From positions 320,001 through 384,000 of the forward strand of contig CAWIEK010000044.1 of assembly GCA_963835065.1 (NCBI GenBank): 64,000 bases of DNA. Direction: 5' to 3'. The notes beneath the pieces were generated by a model that worked only from the letters and a program-made list of their open reading frames with translations, was not told where the DNA came from and did no database searches. The stretch is from an uncultured Chthonomonadaceae bacterium (GTDB lineage Bacteria > Armatimonadota > Chthonomonadetes > Chthonomonadales > Chthonomonadaceae). This document shows, piece by piece, positions 1-10,302 of the stretch; within the stretch, counting starts at the first letter, position 1; each line of letters begins with the position of its first letter. The translations under genes and the position numbers were made by a program.

Positions 1-110
1 CGGCCCCCATCCAGCAGCATTTGCGCCAGATGCAGGCGCAGATTGATGTTATCGGGATCGCCGCTGATGGCGGATTCGAGCGCGGCAATAATGGTCGGAT
101 CAACAGGCAT
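1..110 (-). CDS. 5' part of a TPR-like N-terminal domain protein (possibly TPR-AAA ATPase), runs off the window
   Basis: Manual translation of the minus strand from ATG at 110 gives MPVDPTIIAALESAISGDPDNINLRLHLAQMLLDGG, a TPR-like helix pair; GAGG SD upstream. Confidence 0.55.
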   Translation of the reverse strand, partial: MPVDPTIIAALESAISGDPDNINLRLHLAQMLLDGG

Positions 111-260
111 GGAAAACCTCGCTTCATAAGGAATGTCTTAATTGGTTTACGTTCCAGTACGTTCTTTGGATTTACTGATTCTTTATATTCAACATTCGCC
201 GCGTGGTTCCTTCCGGCAAGGCAGGTTTTGCCTGACATTTTTGAACAAGCGCGGTTTATC

Positions 261-289
261 TTGACGCGGCAAGTGGTTAATGGTACAAT
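261..289 (+). promoter_or_regulatory. sigma70-type promoter with extended -10
   Basis: TTGACG (261-266), 17-nt spacer, TACAAT (284-289), with TG at 281-282. Confidence 0.7.
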
Positions 290-600
290 CACAATTGGAT
301 GTCCTTAGTGCCCCGTCAAAACAGGCACTCTGTAACCCCGCTTTTGCGTATAGACTTTCGTATGGGCTTTCAGGAACAGCCCCGCCCGCGTTCCTGTTAC
401 CGCTCTTCTTAACCGGAAGTAACTTTTACAAACACCAACGCTCATGTAATCGCTCAGTCAACCAACCCGAACACCATTCAACCGTGAAGCAAATACTCAC
501 CTTGAAAACACATCTTTTGCGGCGTTCGCGCCGCCTCGTCTCGTCCCCGTTTTAATTTCCACCGCTTTTTCCGCGTGTGCAAACGGGACAGACAATTGCA

Positions 601-664
601 AGGATGAAGGCGGAAGGATGAAGGATGAAAACACACTCATCCTTCATCCTTCATCCTTCATCCT
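601..664. repeat. inverted heptamer array hairpin (GGATGAA)n...(TCATCCT)n
   Basis: aggatgaaggcggaaggatgaaggatgaa followed by tcatccttcatccttcatccttcatcct, just before the der SD. Confidence 0.85.
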
Positions 665-678
665 TTCTGGAGGAACTC

Positions 679-2052
679 ATGTCCCGTCCGCTTGTTGCCG
701 TCGTTGGCAGGCCCAACGTCGGCAAATCTACCCTTTTTAACCGTTTGGTCGGGCGGCGCGTCGCCATTGTGGAAGACACGCCCGGCATTACTCGTGACCG
801 CTTATACCACAACGTGGAATGGAACGGCAGGGAATTTACCGTTGTGGATACAGGCGGTATAATTCTCAACGAAACCGACCCGCTCATGCTGCAGGTGCGC
901 GCGCAGGCCGAAGTCGCAATGGACGAAGCCGAAGTGATTTTGTTTGTCGTGGACGCCGCCGATGGCATGACGGGCACGGATCGGGAACTTGCCGACGCCC
1001 TTCGCAGTTCCAAGCGCCCCGTTCTGCTCGTTGTCAACAAAACCGACAACTCCCGCCTGATGCAGGACGCGGCGGAGTTTTACGCGCTCGGCCTGGGCGA
1101 ACTGTATACCATTTCCGCGCTCAACGGCATCGGCGTGGGGGATTTGCTGGACGAAGTTGTAAAACTGCTGCCCCCCGAAGGGGAACCGGAACCGGAAGTC
1201 GGAGATGAAATCCGGCTTGCCATCATCGGGCGTCCCAATGTCGGCAAGTCCTCGCTGCTCAACGCCATTTTGGGCGAGGAGCGCGTGATCGTCAGTCCCA
1301 TTCCCGGCACGACCCGTGACACCATTGATACCCAACTGGTCTGGGAGGGGCAGGAACTAACCCTGCTGGACACGGCGGGCATCCGTCGCAGCGGCAAAAT
1401 TCAGGGAACCGTCGAGTATTACATGGTCATGCGGGCGCGAACCGCATTGGAGCGCAGCAACGTGGGCATGGTCGTCGTGGACGGCAGCGCGGGGATGCTG
1501 GACGGCGACAAGCGCGTGGCGGGTATCGCGCACGAGGCCGGACGCGCCTGCATCGTGGTCGTCAACAAGTGGGACTTGGTAGACCCCGGCGTGGTGTACG
1601 AAAAGGGGCGGCAGCGCCATCCTGACCGCGCCAAAATCGAGAAGTTTACCGAACGGTTCCGCAAGGAGTGTCCGTTCCTGAACTACGCGCCGCTTGTGTT
1701 CGTGTCCGCGCAGGAGCGATTCGGCGTCCGCCATGCCATTGATACGGCCATCACCGCCGCCCAAAACCACGCGCACCGCATCCCAACGGGCGAACTGAAC
1801 CGCATCATCCGCGAATCCATCGAACGCCGCCCGCTCTCGGACAACGGACGCTCGTTCAAGGTGTACTATTCCACGATGCCGAAAGTGCAGCCGCCGACAA
1901 TCGTTCTCTTTTGCAACGACTCCAACATGCTGCACTTTTCCTACCAGCGCTATCTGGAAAATCAACTGCGCCTGAAATACCCACTGGAAGGCACACCCAT
2001 CCGCATTGACGCCCGCAAAGTGGAAAACAAAGAGAAAGATAAAGAAGATTAG
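679..2052 (+). CDS. der: ribosome biogenesis GTPase Der (EngA)
   Basis: Two tandem GTPase domains (GRPNVGKS twice, DTGG/DTAG, NKTD/NKWD) plus a KH-like C-terminus; start at MSRPLVAVVG after a GGAGG SD. Confidence 0.97.
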   Translation: MSRPLVAVVGRPNVGKSTLFNRLVGRRVAIVEDTPGITRDRLYHNVEWNGREFTVVDTGGIILNETDPLMLQVRAQAEVAMDEAEVILFVVDAADGMTGTDRELADALRSSKRPVLLVVNKTDNSRLMQDAAEFYALGLGELYTISALNGIGVGDLLDEVVKLLPPEGEPEPEVGDEIRLAIIGRPNVGKSSLLNAILGEERVIVSPIPGTTRDTIDTQLVWEGQELTLLDTAGIRRSGKIQGTVEYYMVMRARTALERSNVGMVVVDGSAGMLDGDKRVAGIAHEAGRACIVVVNKWDLVDPGVVYEKGRQRHPDRAKIEKFTERFRKECPFLNYAPLVFVSAQERFGVRHAIDTAITAAQNHAHRIPTGELNRIIRESIERRPLSDNGRSFKVYYSTMPKVQPPTIVLFCNDSNMLHFSYQRYLENQLRLKYPLEGTPIRIDARKVENKEKDKED

Positions 2053-2070
2053 CATTTCGGAGGAACAACC

Positions 2071-2288
2071 ATGCACCAGCCACAAACGGAGAACGGAGTG
2101 CTTTGCCGTCCATATCACGCCAACCGGAAAAGGGCGACTCGCCTTTCAACAGCATAATTGATCTGGAAACGCTTGCGGCGCAGCAGGGCGTCACGCCTGT
2201 AACCGACGCGGCAACGCTGCGTGGCGACTTCTGGCCGGAAGAGGAGAATGTGGATGATTTTATCAACGCTATGCGCGCATGGCGGTGA
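2071..2288 (+). CDS. small hypothetical protein, antitoxin-like; one frameshift near 2103
   Basis: GGAGG SD plus ATG at 2071; C-terminal part LETLAAQQGVTPV...DFWPEEENVDDFINAMRAWR lies in ORF 2103-2288. Confidence 0.45.
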
Positions 2289-2301
2289 TATGCCCGTGCG
2301 T

Positions 2302-2514
2302 CCGGGGAATAAATTCCTGGCTGTGATAAGGAAGTCCGCCTACGCGGACTGAAAAGGTTACTGAGGGAAAGTTCCTAAAGAAGTTCCTGCAAGCAATTTT
2401 TTCCGCTTCAAACGAAGAACTTGAAGTATGTTGTAAATCAGAGAATTGCTGAAACGCGGCAGTAGTTCGCGAAGGCGGACTTCGTGATCACAGCCGAGTA
2501 AATTTATTCCCCGG
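2302..2514. repeat. REP doublet (REPIN-like) inverted repeat
   Basis: ccggggaataaatt...ggctgtgat...gaagtccgcctacgcggact is mirrored by agttcgcgaaggcggacttc...atcacagcc...aatttattccccgg. Confidence 0.8.
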
Positions 2515-2537
2515 CTTCTCAAGGGGAGATTAGAAGC

Positions 2538-3020
2538 ATGGACAACACAAGGCCAGTTTGGGCAAGAAAGTATGGATAATGATGTCAAGATATAGTGGAT
2601 TTCAATCGACTTGACCAGGCAAGGTTATATTGGTATTGGGTGGCCGTATGTTGGTGACATCACACAACTTGGATACTACTGCATCAAATACGAAGCTATT
2701 CTGGTAGAAGCAAAAACCACTGACGAGTGAAGAAATGCTAAAGAGTTGAGGAACGCCAGAAAAGATGCTGGCGTTAGTTCATAGCGTTCGTTAATATCTG
2801 CGCAAGACGAGTGATTTGGTTGCTTGTAACGATCAAGAAGACGGATATATGTCATATTGGACGATTGGTTGGTGGCTGCATCCATGGTTTTCACGTCTGC
2901 ACAAGCATTTTCATTTATTACGGAGAGTTGAATGGATTACTGAGCCTTCCTACCGGTTTAACTTGTATGCTGGCGTACAATGAAAATGCTGGATGGGCGA
3001 AAGAGTATTTTGGGAAATAA
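2538..3020 (+). pseudogene. degraded, AT-rich restriction-endonuclease (Mrr-associated N-terminal domain)-like remnant
   Basis: AAGGGGAG SD plus ATG 2538; fragments RQGYIGIGWPYVGDI and ICHIGRLVG across frameshifts and stops. Confidence 0.35.
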
Positions 3021-3112
3021 GCAATCCAGAAGACGGTGGTCAAGCAGCTGTACGAAATCTGTACGCGCAGGTTCAAAAGGCAAATCAGAATGGCATAATA
3101 CAAAAGATAACT

Positions 3113-4633
3113 ATGGCAAGACTGCAAACAAAATACATCTGTCAGAACTGTAGTTACGAATCTCCGAAGTGGATGGGTAAATGCCCGGACTGCGACTCGT
3201 GGGACTCGTTTACTGAGGAAGTGACGGTCAAGGAAAAAGCGGGGAGCGCAGGCAAAGCGGGAAGCATCGCGAGTTTCAGTTCGGCAGGCAGAGGCATTGT
3301 ACCGACAACAAGCGGAATGCCCGTGCCGATCACTGAAGTCGAAATGACCAAGCAGGCGCGGCTTTCGAGCGGCATTGGCGAGTTTGACCGCGTATTGGGC
3401 GGCGGCATTGTACCCGGTGGCTTGATACTGCTCGGTGGCGAACCCGGGAGCGGGGAAATCCACAATTACCAGTCAGGTCGCGTACAACATCGCTGCCGGA
3501 ATTACAACAAGCGAGTCGAATGTTGAAAAAAAGCCTGTTCGCAAGGGAAACAATGACGGACAGAGGAAGAAGTTTTCCCAACCCCCAACACCCAACACCC
3601 AAAACCTATTCTCTACGTTTCCGGGGAGGAGAGCGCGCAGCAAATCCGTTTGCGCAGCGCGCGGTTGGGAGCGGAAAGCCCGAACTTTCTGGTCAGCGTG
3701 GAAACCGAAATCGGCGTGATTTTGCACCATCTGGAAACCACGCGCCCCGCGCTTGCCGTGATTGACAGTATTCAAACCATGTCGGATTCCAGTCTGGACA
3801 GCGCGCCGGGAACCGTGACGCAGATACGGCAATGCGCCACGCACCTCGCCCGGTTCGCCAAATCCGTTCATGTGCCGATTGTGCTGATCGGGCATGTCAC
3901 CAAAGAGGGCAATCTGGCCGGCCCGCGCGTTTTGGAGCATATCGTAGACACGGTTTTGTATTTTGAGGGCGATAGGCATCATGCTTATCGGCTCTTGCGG
4001 GCGGCCAAAAATCGGTTCGGGTCTACGGACGAGTTGGGCATTTTCGAGATGCACGAGAACGGGCTTATCGGCGTGGACAATCCGAGCGCCGTGCTGCTGT
4101 CGGAGCGGGCGGAGGGCGGCACGGGTTCTGCCGTTGCGAGTACGCTGGAAGGCTCGCGCGCCCTGCTGGTGGAAGTGCAGGCATTGGTGGCGCGTTCCAA
4201 CCTTGCCAGCCCGCGCCGCGTGGTGACGGGCATGGACCCCAACCGCGTCAACATGATTTTAGCGGTTCTGGAAAAGCGCGTAGGGCTGAAAATCGCCGAG
4301 CAGGACGTGTTTGTCAACGTAGCGGGCGGCATCCGCATTGTGGAACCCGCTTCCGATCTGGCGACAGCCGTTGCCATCGCGTCCAACTTCCGCGAACAGG
4401 CTGTGGAACCGACAACCATTCTGTTGGGCGAAGTCGGGCTTGCGGGCGAGATTCGCGCCGTGTCGCAGATCGAAAAACGCCTGAAAGAAGCCGCGCGGCA
4501 GGGCTTCACCAAAGCCGTGATTTCGCGCCACAACGCCGGCAAACTGCCCAAACTCGACGGCATCAAAGTGGTTGGCGTCAACAACGTCCACGACGCGCTT
4601 CATGCCTGCCTCCTGCCCGCGCCTAAAGATTGA
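3113..4633 (+). CDS. radA: DNA repair protein RadA/Sms; two frameshifts (about 3451 and 3606)
   Basis: Zn finger CQNC..CPDC, Walker A GEPGAGKS, KNRFG motif and Lon-like C-terminus, spread over ORFs 2993, 3435 and 3650. Confidence 0.93.
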
Positions 4634-4719
4634 CAGCAACTCCGAAAGTAAGTCTCTCAGGGCGGTACGGATGCAGCCGGTCAAAGCCGTACATTCCATT
4701 CGTACTTTGAACGTTTACG

Positions 4720-5630
4720 TCAGTCTGTATTTGTAGGAGCGGCTTCTGTTAAACGCATGGTGTTGACAAAAGCGCGGACGGCGGCGCGGCGTACCTTGCT
4801 GCTTTTGACCAACAGGCCGGCGGGACGCTGAAAACTGTCTGCGGCCACGAGGGGCACAACGGCAATCTGCCCTTCCCGCGCTTCCTGCCGCACGGTTCCT
4901 GCCGGCACAAGCGCAATGCCGCTGCCGATTTCCACCATGTTCTTCAAGGTTTCGATGTTGTCATACGAGGTGATAATCTTCACCTTGACGCCCCGTTCGC
5001 GCAGTTTGTCATCTATCAGGGCACGGGTGGGAATGTCGTCGTCAAAGGCGATGAATGGCTGTCCCTCCAGTTCGCGCAGGGCGATCTCGCTTTGCTGCGC
5101 GAACAGGTGTTCCGGGGCGCAAATCAGCACCATTGTTTCCACGCTGAACGGCACAATTTCCAGTCCGGTGCGCGGGGTCGGGCAGGCGACGATGCCCACG
5201 TCTACCGCCCCGACAGCACATCCTGAACCACTTTCGCCGTCTGGCTGTATTCCAGATGCACGTTCACTTTCGGATGCGCGGCCAGAAACGGCTTCAAGCG
5301 TCCGGGCAGGGCGTGGAGGCCGACGGAATACACGGTCGCCACGCGCACGGTTCCCCCAACCTCCTCGTTCAGCCCGCGCAGGCGTATCTCCAATTCTTCC
5401 GCCTGACTCAGCAGGGGCTTGGCTCCTTCATAGAGTAATTTGCCCGCTTCCGTCGGCGTGATGCGCCCTTTGCCTTTGCCCCGGTCCAGCAGAATTTGTC
5501 CGAACTCGCGCTCCATTGCCCGCAAACGCTGGCTGACGGCGGACTGCGACACGAAACTGCGCTCCGCCGCCCGCGAAAACGAGCCGGTTTCAATCAGGTG
5601 GCAAAACAACCGCAAATCCGTCAGTTCCAT
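4720..5630 (-). CDS. LysR-family transcriptional regulator; frameshift near 5200
   Basis: HTH GSFSRAAERSFVSQSAVSQRLRAME in 5202-5630; substrate-binding domain continues in 4720-5199. Confidence 0.9.
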
Positions 5631-5847
5631 TCCTGCTCCACAATCCTCATCGTTTTCATGTCAGATATTTTCAAGTAAATAGGTACTCCGGTCTCAGACT
5701 GGTTGGCCGCAACCCCTTATCGCTGGGGCGTTTACGACTCGGTTCACCAGTATTTTCACGAACCGGCGTACAGGAGAAGTTGCGTGTGCCGGAGAACATT
5801 ACGCGGGAAGCCGACATAACGCAGCAAGCCGGCGTTAAGGGGAATGG

Positions 5848-6988
5848 ATGAAGGCGATTATTATTGGCGGCGGAATTGGCGGCATGGCGCTGGCGGTTGC
5901 GCTGCGGCAGCAATCCATTGAAGCGGAAGTTTATGAGCAGGCGAACGAACTAAAAGAAGTCGGGGCGGGGCTGGTGCTGTGGCCCAACGCCCTCAAAGCG
6001 CTGGATTTGCTCGGCCTCGTGCCCGCCGCGCGAGCCGTCAGCGTTCCGTTCGGCGAAAGCGAAATCAAGACGTGGCGAGGCGAACATTTGGCCCGTCTGA
6101 CTTCACCCGAATTGCAGGACGCGCATACGGGCGGCGCGCTGATCCACCGTACGGAACTGCTGACCGTTTTCGCCGATTGCCTGAACCCCGCGCGTGTGCA
6201 TCTCGACTGCCTGCTGTACAGGCTTTGAGCAGAATGGAAACAGCGTCACGGCGCGATTTCGCAACGGGCAGATTGCGCAGGGCGACCTGCTGATTGGAGC
6301 CGACGGCATTCACTCGCTGGTACGCCACCAGATGTTTGGCGATGTACCCATGTCGTATGCCGGCTACGTCGTCTGGCGCGGCATTACCGATGTGGATATT
6401 AGCCAACCCGTGGGAACGGAATCGTGGGGCAAGGGAATGAGGTTCGGCTGCCGGACGACGACACAGGGACGCGCGTACTGGTACGCGACCGCCAACATGC
6501 CCGCGCATCAGCCCGACGATCCCAGAGGACGCAAAGCCGAACTGCTGGCGCGCTTTTGTGACTGGCACACTCCCATTCCCGCCATTGTGCAGGCCACCAA
6601 TGAAGCGCACATTCTGCGCAATGATATTGTCAACGCTGCGCCGTTGAAGCAATGGAGCATCGGGCGCGCGTCTCTGCTCGGCGACGCCGCCCACGCGCTT
6701 ACGCCCAATTTAGGACAGGGCGCGTGTCAGGCATTGGAGGATGCGGTTACGCTGGCACGCCTGCTCAAACGCTCCCCATCTATTGAGGCGGCCCTGCAAG
6801 CGTATCAGGAACGCCGCAGGAAACACGTTTATGCGGTTGCAAACCGCGCCCGGCGGTTAGGCGAAGTGGGACAGTGGGAAAACCCTTTGGCGCGCAGCCT
6901 GCGCAATTTTGTTGTCAAACACCATCCCGAAGCGCTTCAGCAGCGTCAAATGCGCTGGCTGTTCCACTTCGACCCGGAGGAAGGCTAA
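5848..6988 (+). CDS. FAD-dependent monooxygenase; frameshift near 6215
   Basis: GGGIGG Rossmann motif, GADGIHS and GDAAHALTPNLGQGACQALED fingerprints. Confidence 0.9.
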
Positions 6989-7152
6989 AACGCTCTGGCT
7001 GCTATTAGCCCTGCTTCTAATTGCTATCGGAATATATCGCTTCTCCATTGTGTGCGGATGTGCTATGATATACACGTACTCCATTCGCGTGGTTTCGCGT
7101 TCATTCGTGGCTGAATTCTCTTTTCATTTGGACGCTTGCAGGATATTTCCCT

Positions 7153-8973
7153 ATGGAATCTTACGATACGTTTGAATATGATGTGCTGGTAATCGGGGCG
7201 GGCGGCGCGGGACTGCGGGCCGTGATTGCGGCGCGGGAAGCCGGGTGTACCGTCGGCGTGGTGATGAAGTCGCTGCTGGGCAAGGCGCATACGGTTATGG
7301 CCGAGGGCGGCGTGGCGGCAGCGTTGGGCAACATGGCGAACCCCGACGGCAGCAAGGAACCCGATAGCTGGAAAGTCCATTTCGTGGACACCATGAAGGG
7401 CGGCGCGTTCCTCAACAACCCGCGCACAGCGGAGATTTTCGCGCAGGAAGCCCCCTTGCGCGTACTGGAACTGGAACAATACGGCGCGGTTTTTGACCGG
7501 ACGCCCGAAGGTCTGATTGCCGAGCGTCCATTCGGCGGGCACAAGTACCGGCGTCTGAACCACGTCGGCGACCGCACCGGTTTGGAACTGATTCGCACCC
7601 TGCAGGACAAAGCGGTGGGCGTGGGCATGAGCGTTCACATGGAAGTGACCCTGACGCGCCTGCTTAAAGAGGGGGATCGGGTCGTGGGTGCGTTCGGGTA
7701 CTACCGCGAAACCGGCAAGTTCGTGCTGTTCAAAGCCAAAGCGATTGTGCTTGCGACAGGCGGATGGGGCCGCATGTTTATGTACACGTCGAACTCGTGG
7801 GAGGGCACGGGCGACGGGGTGATGATGGCGTATGAAGCGGGCGCGGAACTGCAGGACATGGAAATGATCCAGTTCCACCCGACGGGCATGATTTATCCGA
7901 ATGGGATGCGGGGGATTCTGGTTACGGAGGGCGTACGGGGCGAGGGCGGCGTCCTGAAAAACAACAAGGGCGAACGGTTCATGTTCAACCCCGACTATAT
8001 GCCCGCCTTGTACAAGGGACAGTTCGCGGAAACGCCGGAAGAAGGCGAACGCTGGCTGGAAGATAAGAAAAACAACCGCCGCCCGCCCGAACTGCTGCCC
8101 CGCGACGTGGTTGCGCGGTGCATTTATAAGGAAGTGGAAGCAGGGCGGGGCAGTCCGCATAAGGGCGTGTTTCTGGATGTGACGCACCGGGGCGCGGATT
8201 ACATCAAGCGCAAATTGCCGTCCATGTACGAGCAGTTCCACGCTTTGGGCGGCATTGACATTACCAAAGAAGCGATGGAAGTGTACCCGACCATCCACTA
8301 CACAATGGGCGGCGTGGCCGCAGACCCGGAAACCGCGTCCAGCACGGTTCCAGGCCTGTTCGCGGCGGGGGAAGTGGCGGCAGGACTGCACGGCGCGAAC
8401 CGATTAGGCGGCAACTCGCTGTCCGACATTATCGTGTTTGGCAAGCGGGCGGGTGAAAGCGCAGCCGCGTTCGCCAAAGCGCGCGGACAGGGCAGCATTG
8501 ACGCGGAGCAGCTTGAAGCCGAAATAGACACCCTGCTGATACCGCTGGAAAGCAAAACGGGCGAAAATCCGTATATCGTCCATCAGGAACTTCAGGAAGA
8601 GATGCAGAAGAATGCGATGATTGCGCGTACCGAAGAGGGATTGCTGCACGCGCTGGAGAAAATTCAGGAACTGCAAAAACGCGCCCATAATCTGCACATC
8701 GAAGGCGACCGCTATTACAATCCGGGCTGGCATGCCGCCCGCGACCTGCATTCCATGCTGACGGCTTCGGAAGTGATTGTCCGCTGCGCCTTGGAGCGCA
8801 AGGAGAGCCGGGGCGCGCAATGGCGTCTCGACTATACGGAGCGCGACGACGCTTACTGGGGCAAGCACAATTTGATTGCGACCCAAAAGGGTGAGCGCGT
8901 GAATATCGAAGCGCGCCCCCTGCCCCCGATGCCCGCGCATTTGCAGGCGTTGATTGATGAGTATGGAAAGTAG
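7153..8973 (+). CDS. sdhA: succinate dehydrogenase/fumarate reductase flavoprotein subunit (Sdh1-type)
   Basis: GAGGAG, AHTVMAEGG covalent FAD His, QFHPTG, EGVRGEGG, HYTMGG, HGANRLGGNSL. Confidence 0.93.
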   Translation: MESYDTFEYDVLVIGAGGAGLRAVIAAREAGCTVGVVMKSLLGKAHTVMAEGGVAAALGNMANPDGSKEPDSWKVHFVDTMKGGAFLNNPRTAEIFAQEAPLRVLELEQYGAVFDRTPEGLIAERPFGGHKYRRLNHVGDRTGLELIRTLQDKAVGVGMSVHMEVTLTRLLKEGDRVVGAFGYYRETGKFVLFKAKAIVLATGGWGRMFMYTSNSWEGTGDGVMMAYEAGAELQDMEMIQFHPTGMIYPNGMRGILVTEGVRGEGGVLKNNKGERFMFNPDYMPALYKGQFAETPEEGERWLEDKKNNRRPPELLPRDVVARCIYKEVEAGRGSPHKGVFLDVTHRGADYIKRKLPSMYEQFHALGGIDITKEAMEVYPTIHYTMGGVAADPETASSTVPGLFAAGEVAAGLHGANRLGGNSLSDIIVFGKRAGESAAAFAKARGQGSIDAEQLEAEIDTLLIPLESKTGENPYIVHQELQEEMQKNAMIARTEEGLLHALEKIQELQKRAHNLHIEGDRYYNPGWHAARDLHSMLTASEVIVRCALERKESRGAQWRLDYTERDDAYWGKHNLIATQKGERVNIEARPLPPMPAHLQALIDEYGK

Positions 8974-9109
8974 TCAGAGAAGGAAGTAGCCAGTAGTCAG
9001 TAGTCAGTAGTCAGTAGAAATGCTCCTACTAAAAGTGATTGCCAACACGCAAAGTTTTGAGTAGACAGGTTTTTCTACTGACTACTGACTACTGACTACT
9101 GGCTACTGG
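8970..9109. repeat. inverted heptamer array element (AGTAGTC)n...(CTACTGA)n between sdhA and sdhB
   Basis: Tandem agtagtc copies mirrored by ctactga copies around a core of about 60 nt. Confidence 0.85.
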
Positions 9110-9118
9110 AGTTGACTT

Positions 9119-9943
9119 ATGAACAACATAACTTTGCGCGTGTTTCGCGGCGACATCAACGGCGGCGACATGGTTTCGTACAGTGTGCCGACCGAGCCGG
9201 GCATGGTGGTGCTGGACGCGATTCATTACATACAGCGGCATTTGGATACCACCCTGGCGTGTCGGTGGAACTGCAAGGCGGCCAAGTGCGGCTCGTGCAG
9301 CGCCGAGATTGACGGCAAGCCGCGCCTGCTGTGCAAAACCAGAGTCGAGGAGCCGGAGTTCGCGGGCGGCACGATCAATGTCGGGCCGATGCGCGCGTTT
9401 CCGCTGCTGAAGGATTTGGTCACGGACGTGTCGTGGAACTACCGGGTTGCGGCTAAAATCCCGCCCTTGCAGCCCCGCGCGGATGTGGCGGGCAAGCCGT
9501 TCCAGATGCAGCAGATAGACGTGGACCGGATACAGGAATTCCGCAAGTGCATCGAGTGCTTTTTGTGTCAGGACGTGTGCCACGTCATTCGGGAGCATGA
9601 CCGCAAGGACGCTTTCTTCGGCCCGCGCCAAATGGTGCGCGTGGCCGCTCTGGAGATGCACCCGCTCGACGACCTGAACCGCCGCGAACAGCTGAAAGGC
9701 GAGGGCGGCGTGGGCATGTGCAACATCACGAAATGCTGCTCGGAAGTGTGCCCCGAACACATCCACATCACGGACAACGCCATCATCCCGCTCAAAGAGC
9801 GCGTGGTAGACGATTACTTCGACCCGATCAGCGGCCTATTGCGCACCCTCGGCATCTTGAAGAAGGACACCAAAAAGCCCTTCAACAGCGTTCCCAACGA
9901 GCAAACCCAGGTCGTCACCCGAACCGTCGGCGCCGGAAAATAA
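9119..9943 (+). CDS. sdhB: succinate dehydrogenase/fumarate reductase iron-sulfur subunit
   Basis: Cys clusters CKAAKCGSC, CIECFLCQDVC and CNITKCCSEVCP; adjacent to sdhA. Confidence 0.93.
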   Translation: MNNITLRVFRGDINGGDMVSYSVPTEPGMVVLDAIHYIQRHLDTTLACRWNCKAAKCGSCSAEIDGKPRLLCKTRVEEPEFAGGTINVGPMRAFPLLKDLVTDVSWNYRVAAKIPPLQPRADVAGKPFQMQQIDVDRIQEFRKCIECFLCQDVCHVIREHDRKDAFFGPRQMVRVAALEMHPLDDLNRREQLKGEGGVGMCNITKCCSEVCPEHIHITDNAIIPLKERVVDDYFDPISGLLRTLGILKKDTKKPFNSVPNEQTQVVTRTVGAGK

Positions 9944-10085
9944 GCGTTCGTTGCTGTCGTACTTTTATAGCCGCCGCGTTCCTCATAAACGCGGCGGCTG
10001 TTAGTTGCTTTGCCGTATTGCAGGAACAAACCGGAGTGGCGTATAATACACCACAAGAGAGGCGTAACAGATTGGAGGCAACGAC

Positions 10086-10283
10086 ATGGACGAGGCAACA
10101 TACAAGCAATGGTGGCCCCTGCATCGGCGGGCGGCATTAGGTGAAACGTTGAGTGTAGAAGAACAAGCCCTGTACGAAGCCGGGACACAGCAATTGGACG
10201 CCGAAGAAGAGCAGACGTTGAGCGGCAGCAAAGCAAATTTTATGCAGGCGCGTCAAAGGAACAGGGAACTAAAAGCGGAATAA
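10086..10283 (+). CDS. small hypothetical protein
   Basis: GGAGG SD, 65-aa helical ORF MDEATYKQWWPLHRR... Confidence 0.55.
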   Translation: MDEATYKQWWPLHRRAALGETLSVEEQALYEAGTQQLDAEEEQTLSGSKANFMQARQRNRELKAE

Positions 10284-10302
10284 AATCGCCAGCAATCGCA
10301 AA

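Noticed and set aside
625..678. N-terminal extension of Der (MKTHSSFILHPSSF)
   Set aside because: It is the translated TCATCCT repeat; the real start is ATG 679 after a GGAGG SD.
3435..3650. Intein or programmed frameshifting in radA
   Set aside because: The insert is too short and lacks intein terminal residues; the frameshifts fit the window-wide indel error pattern.
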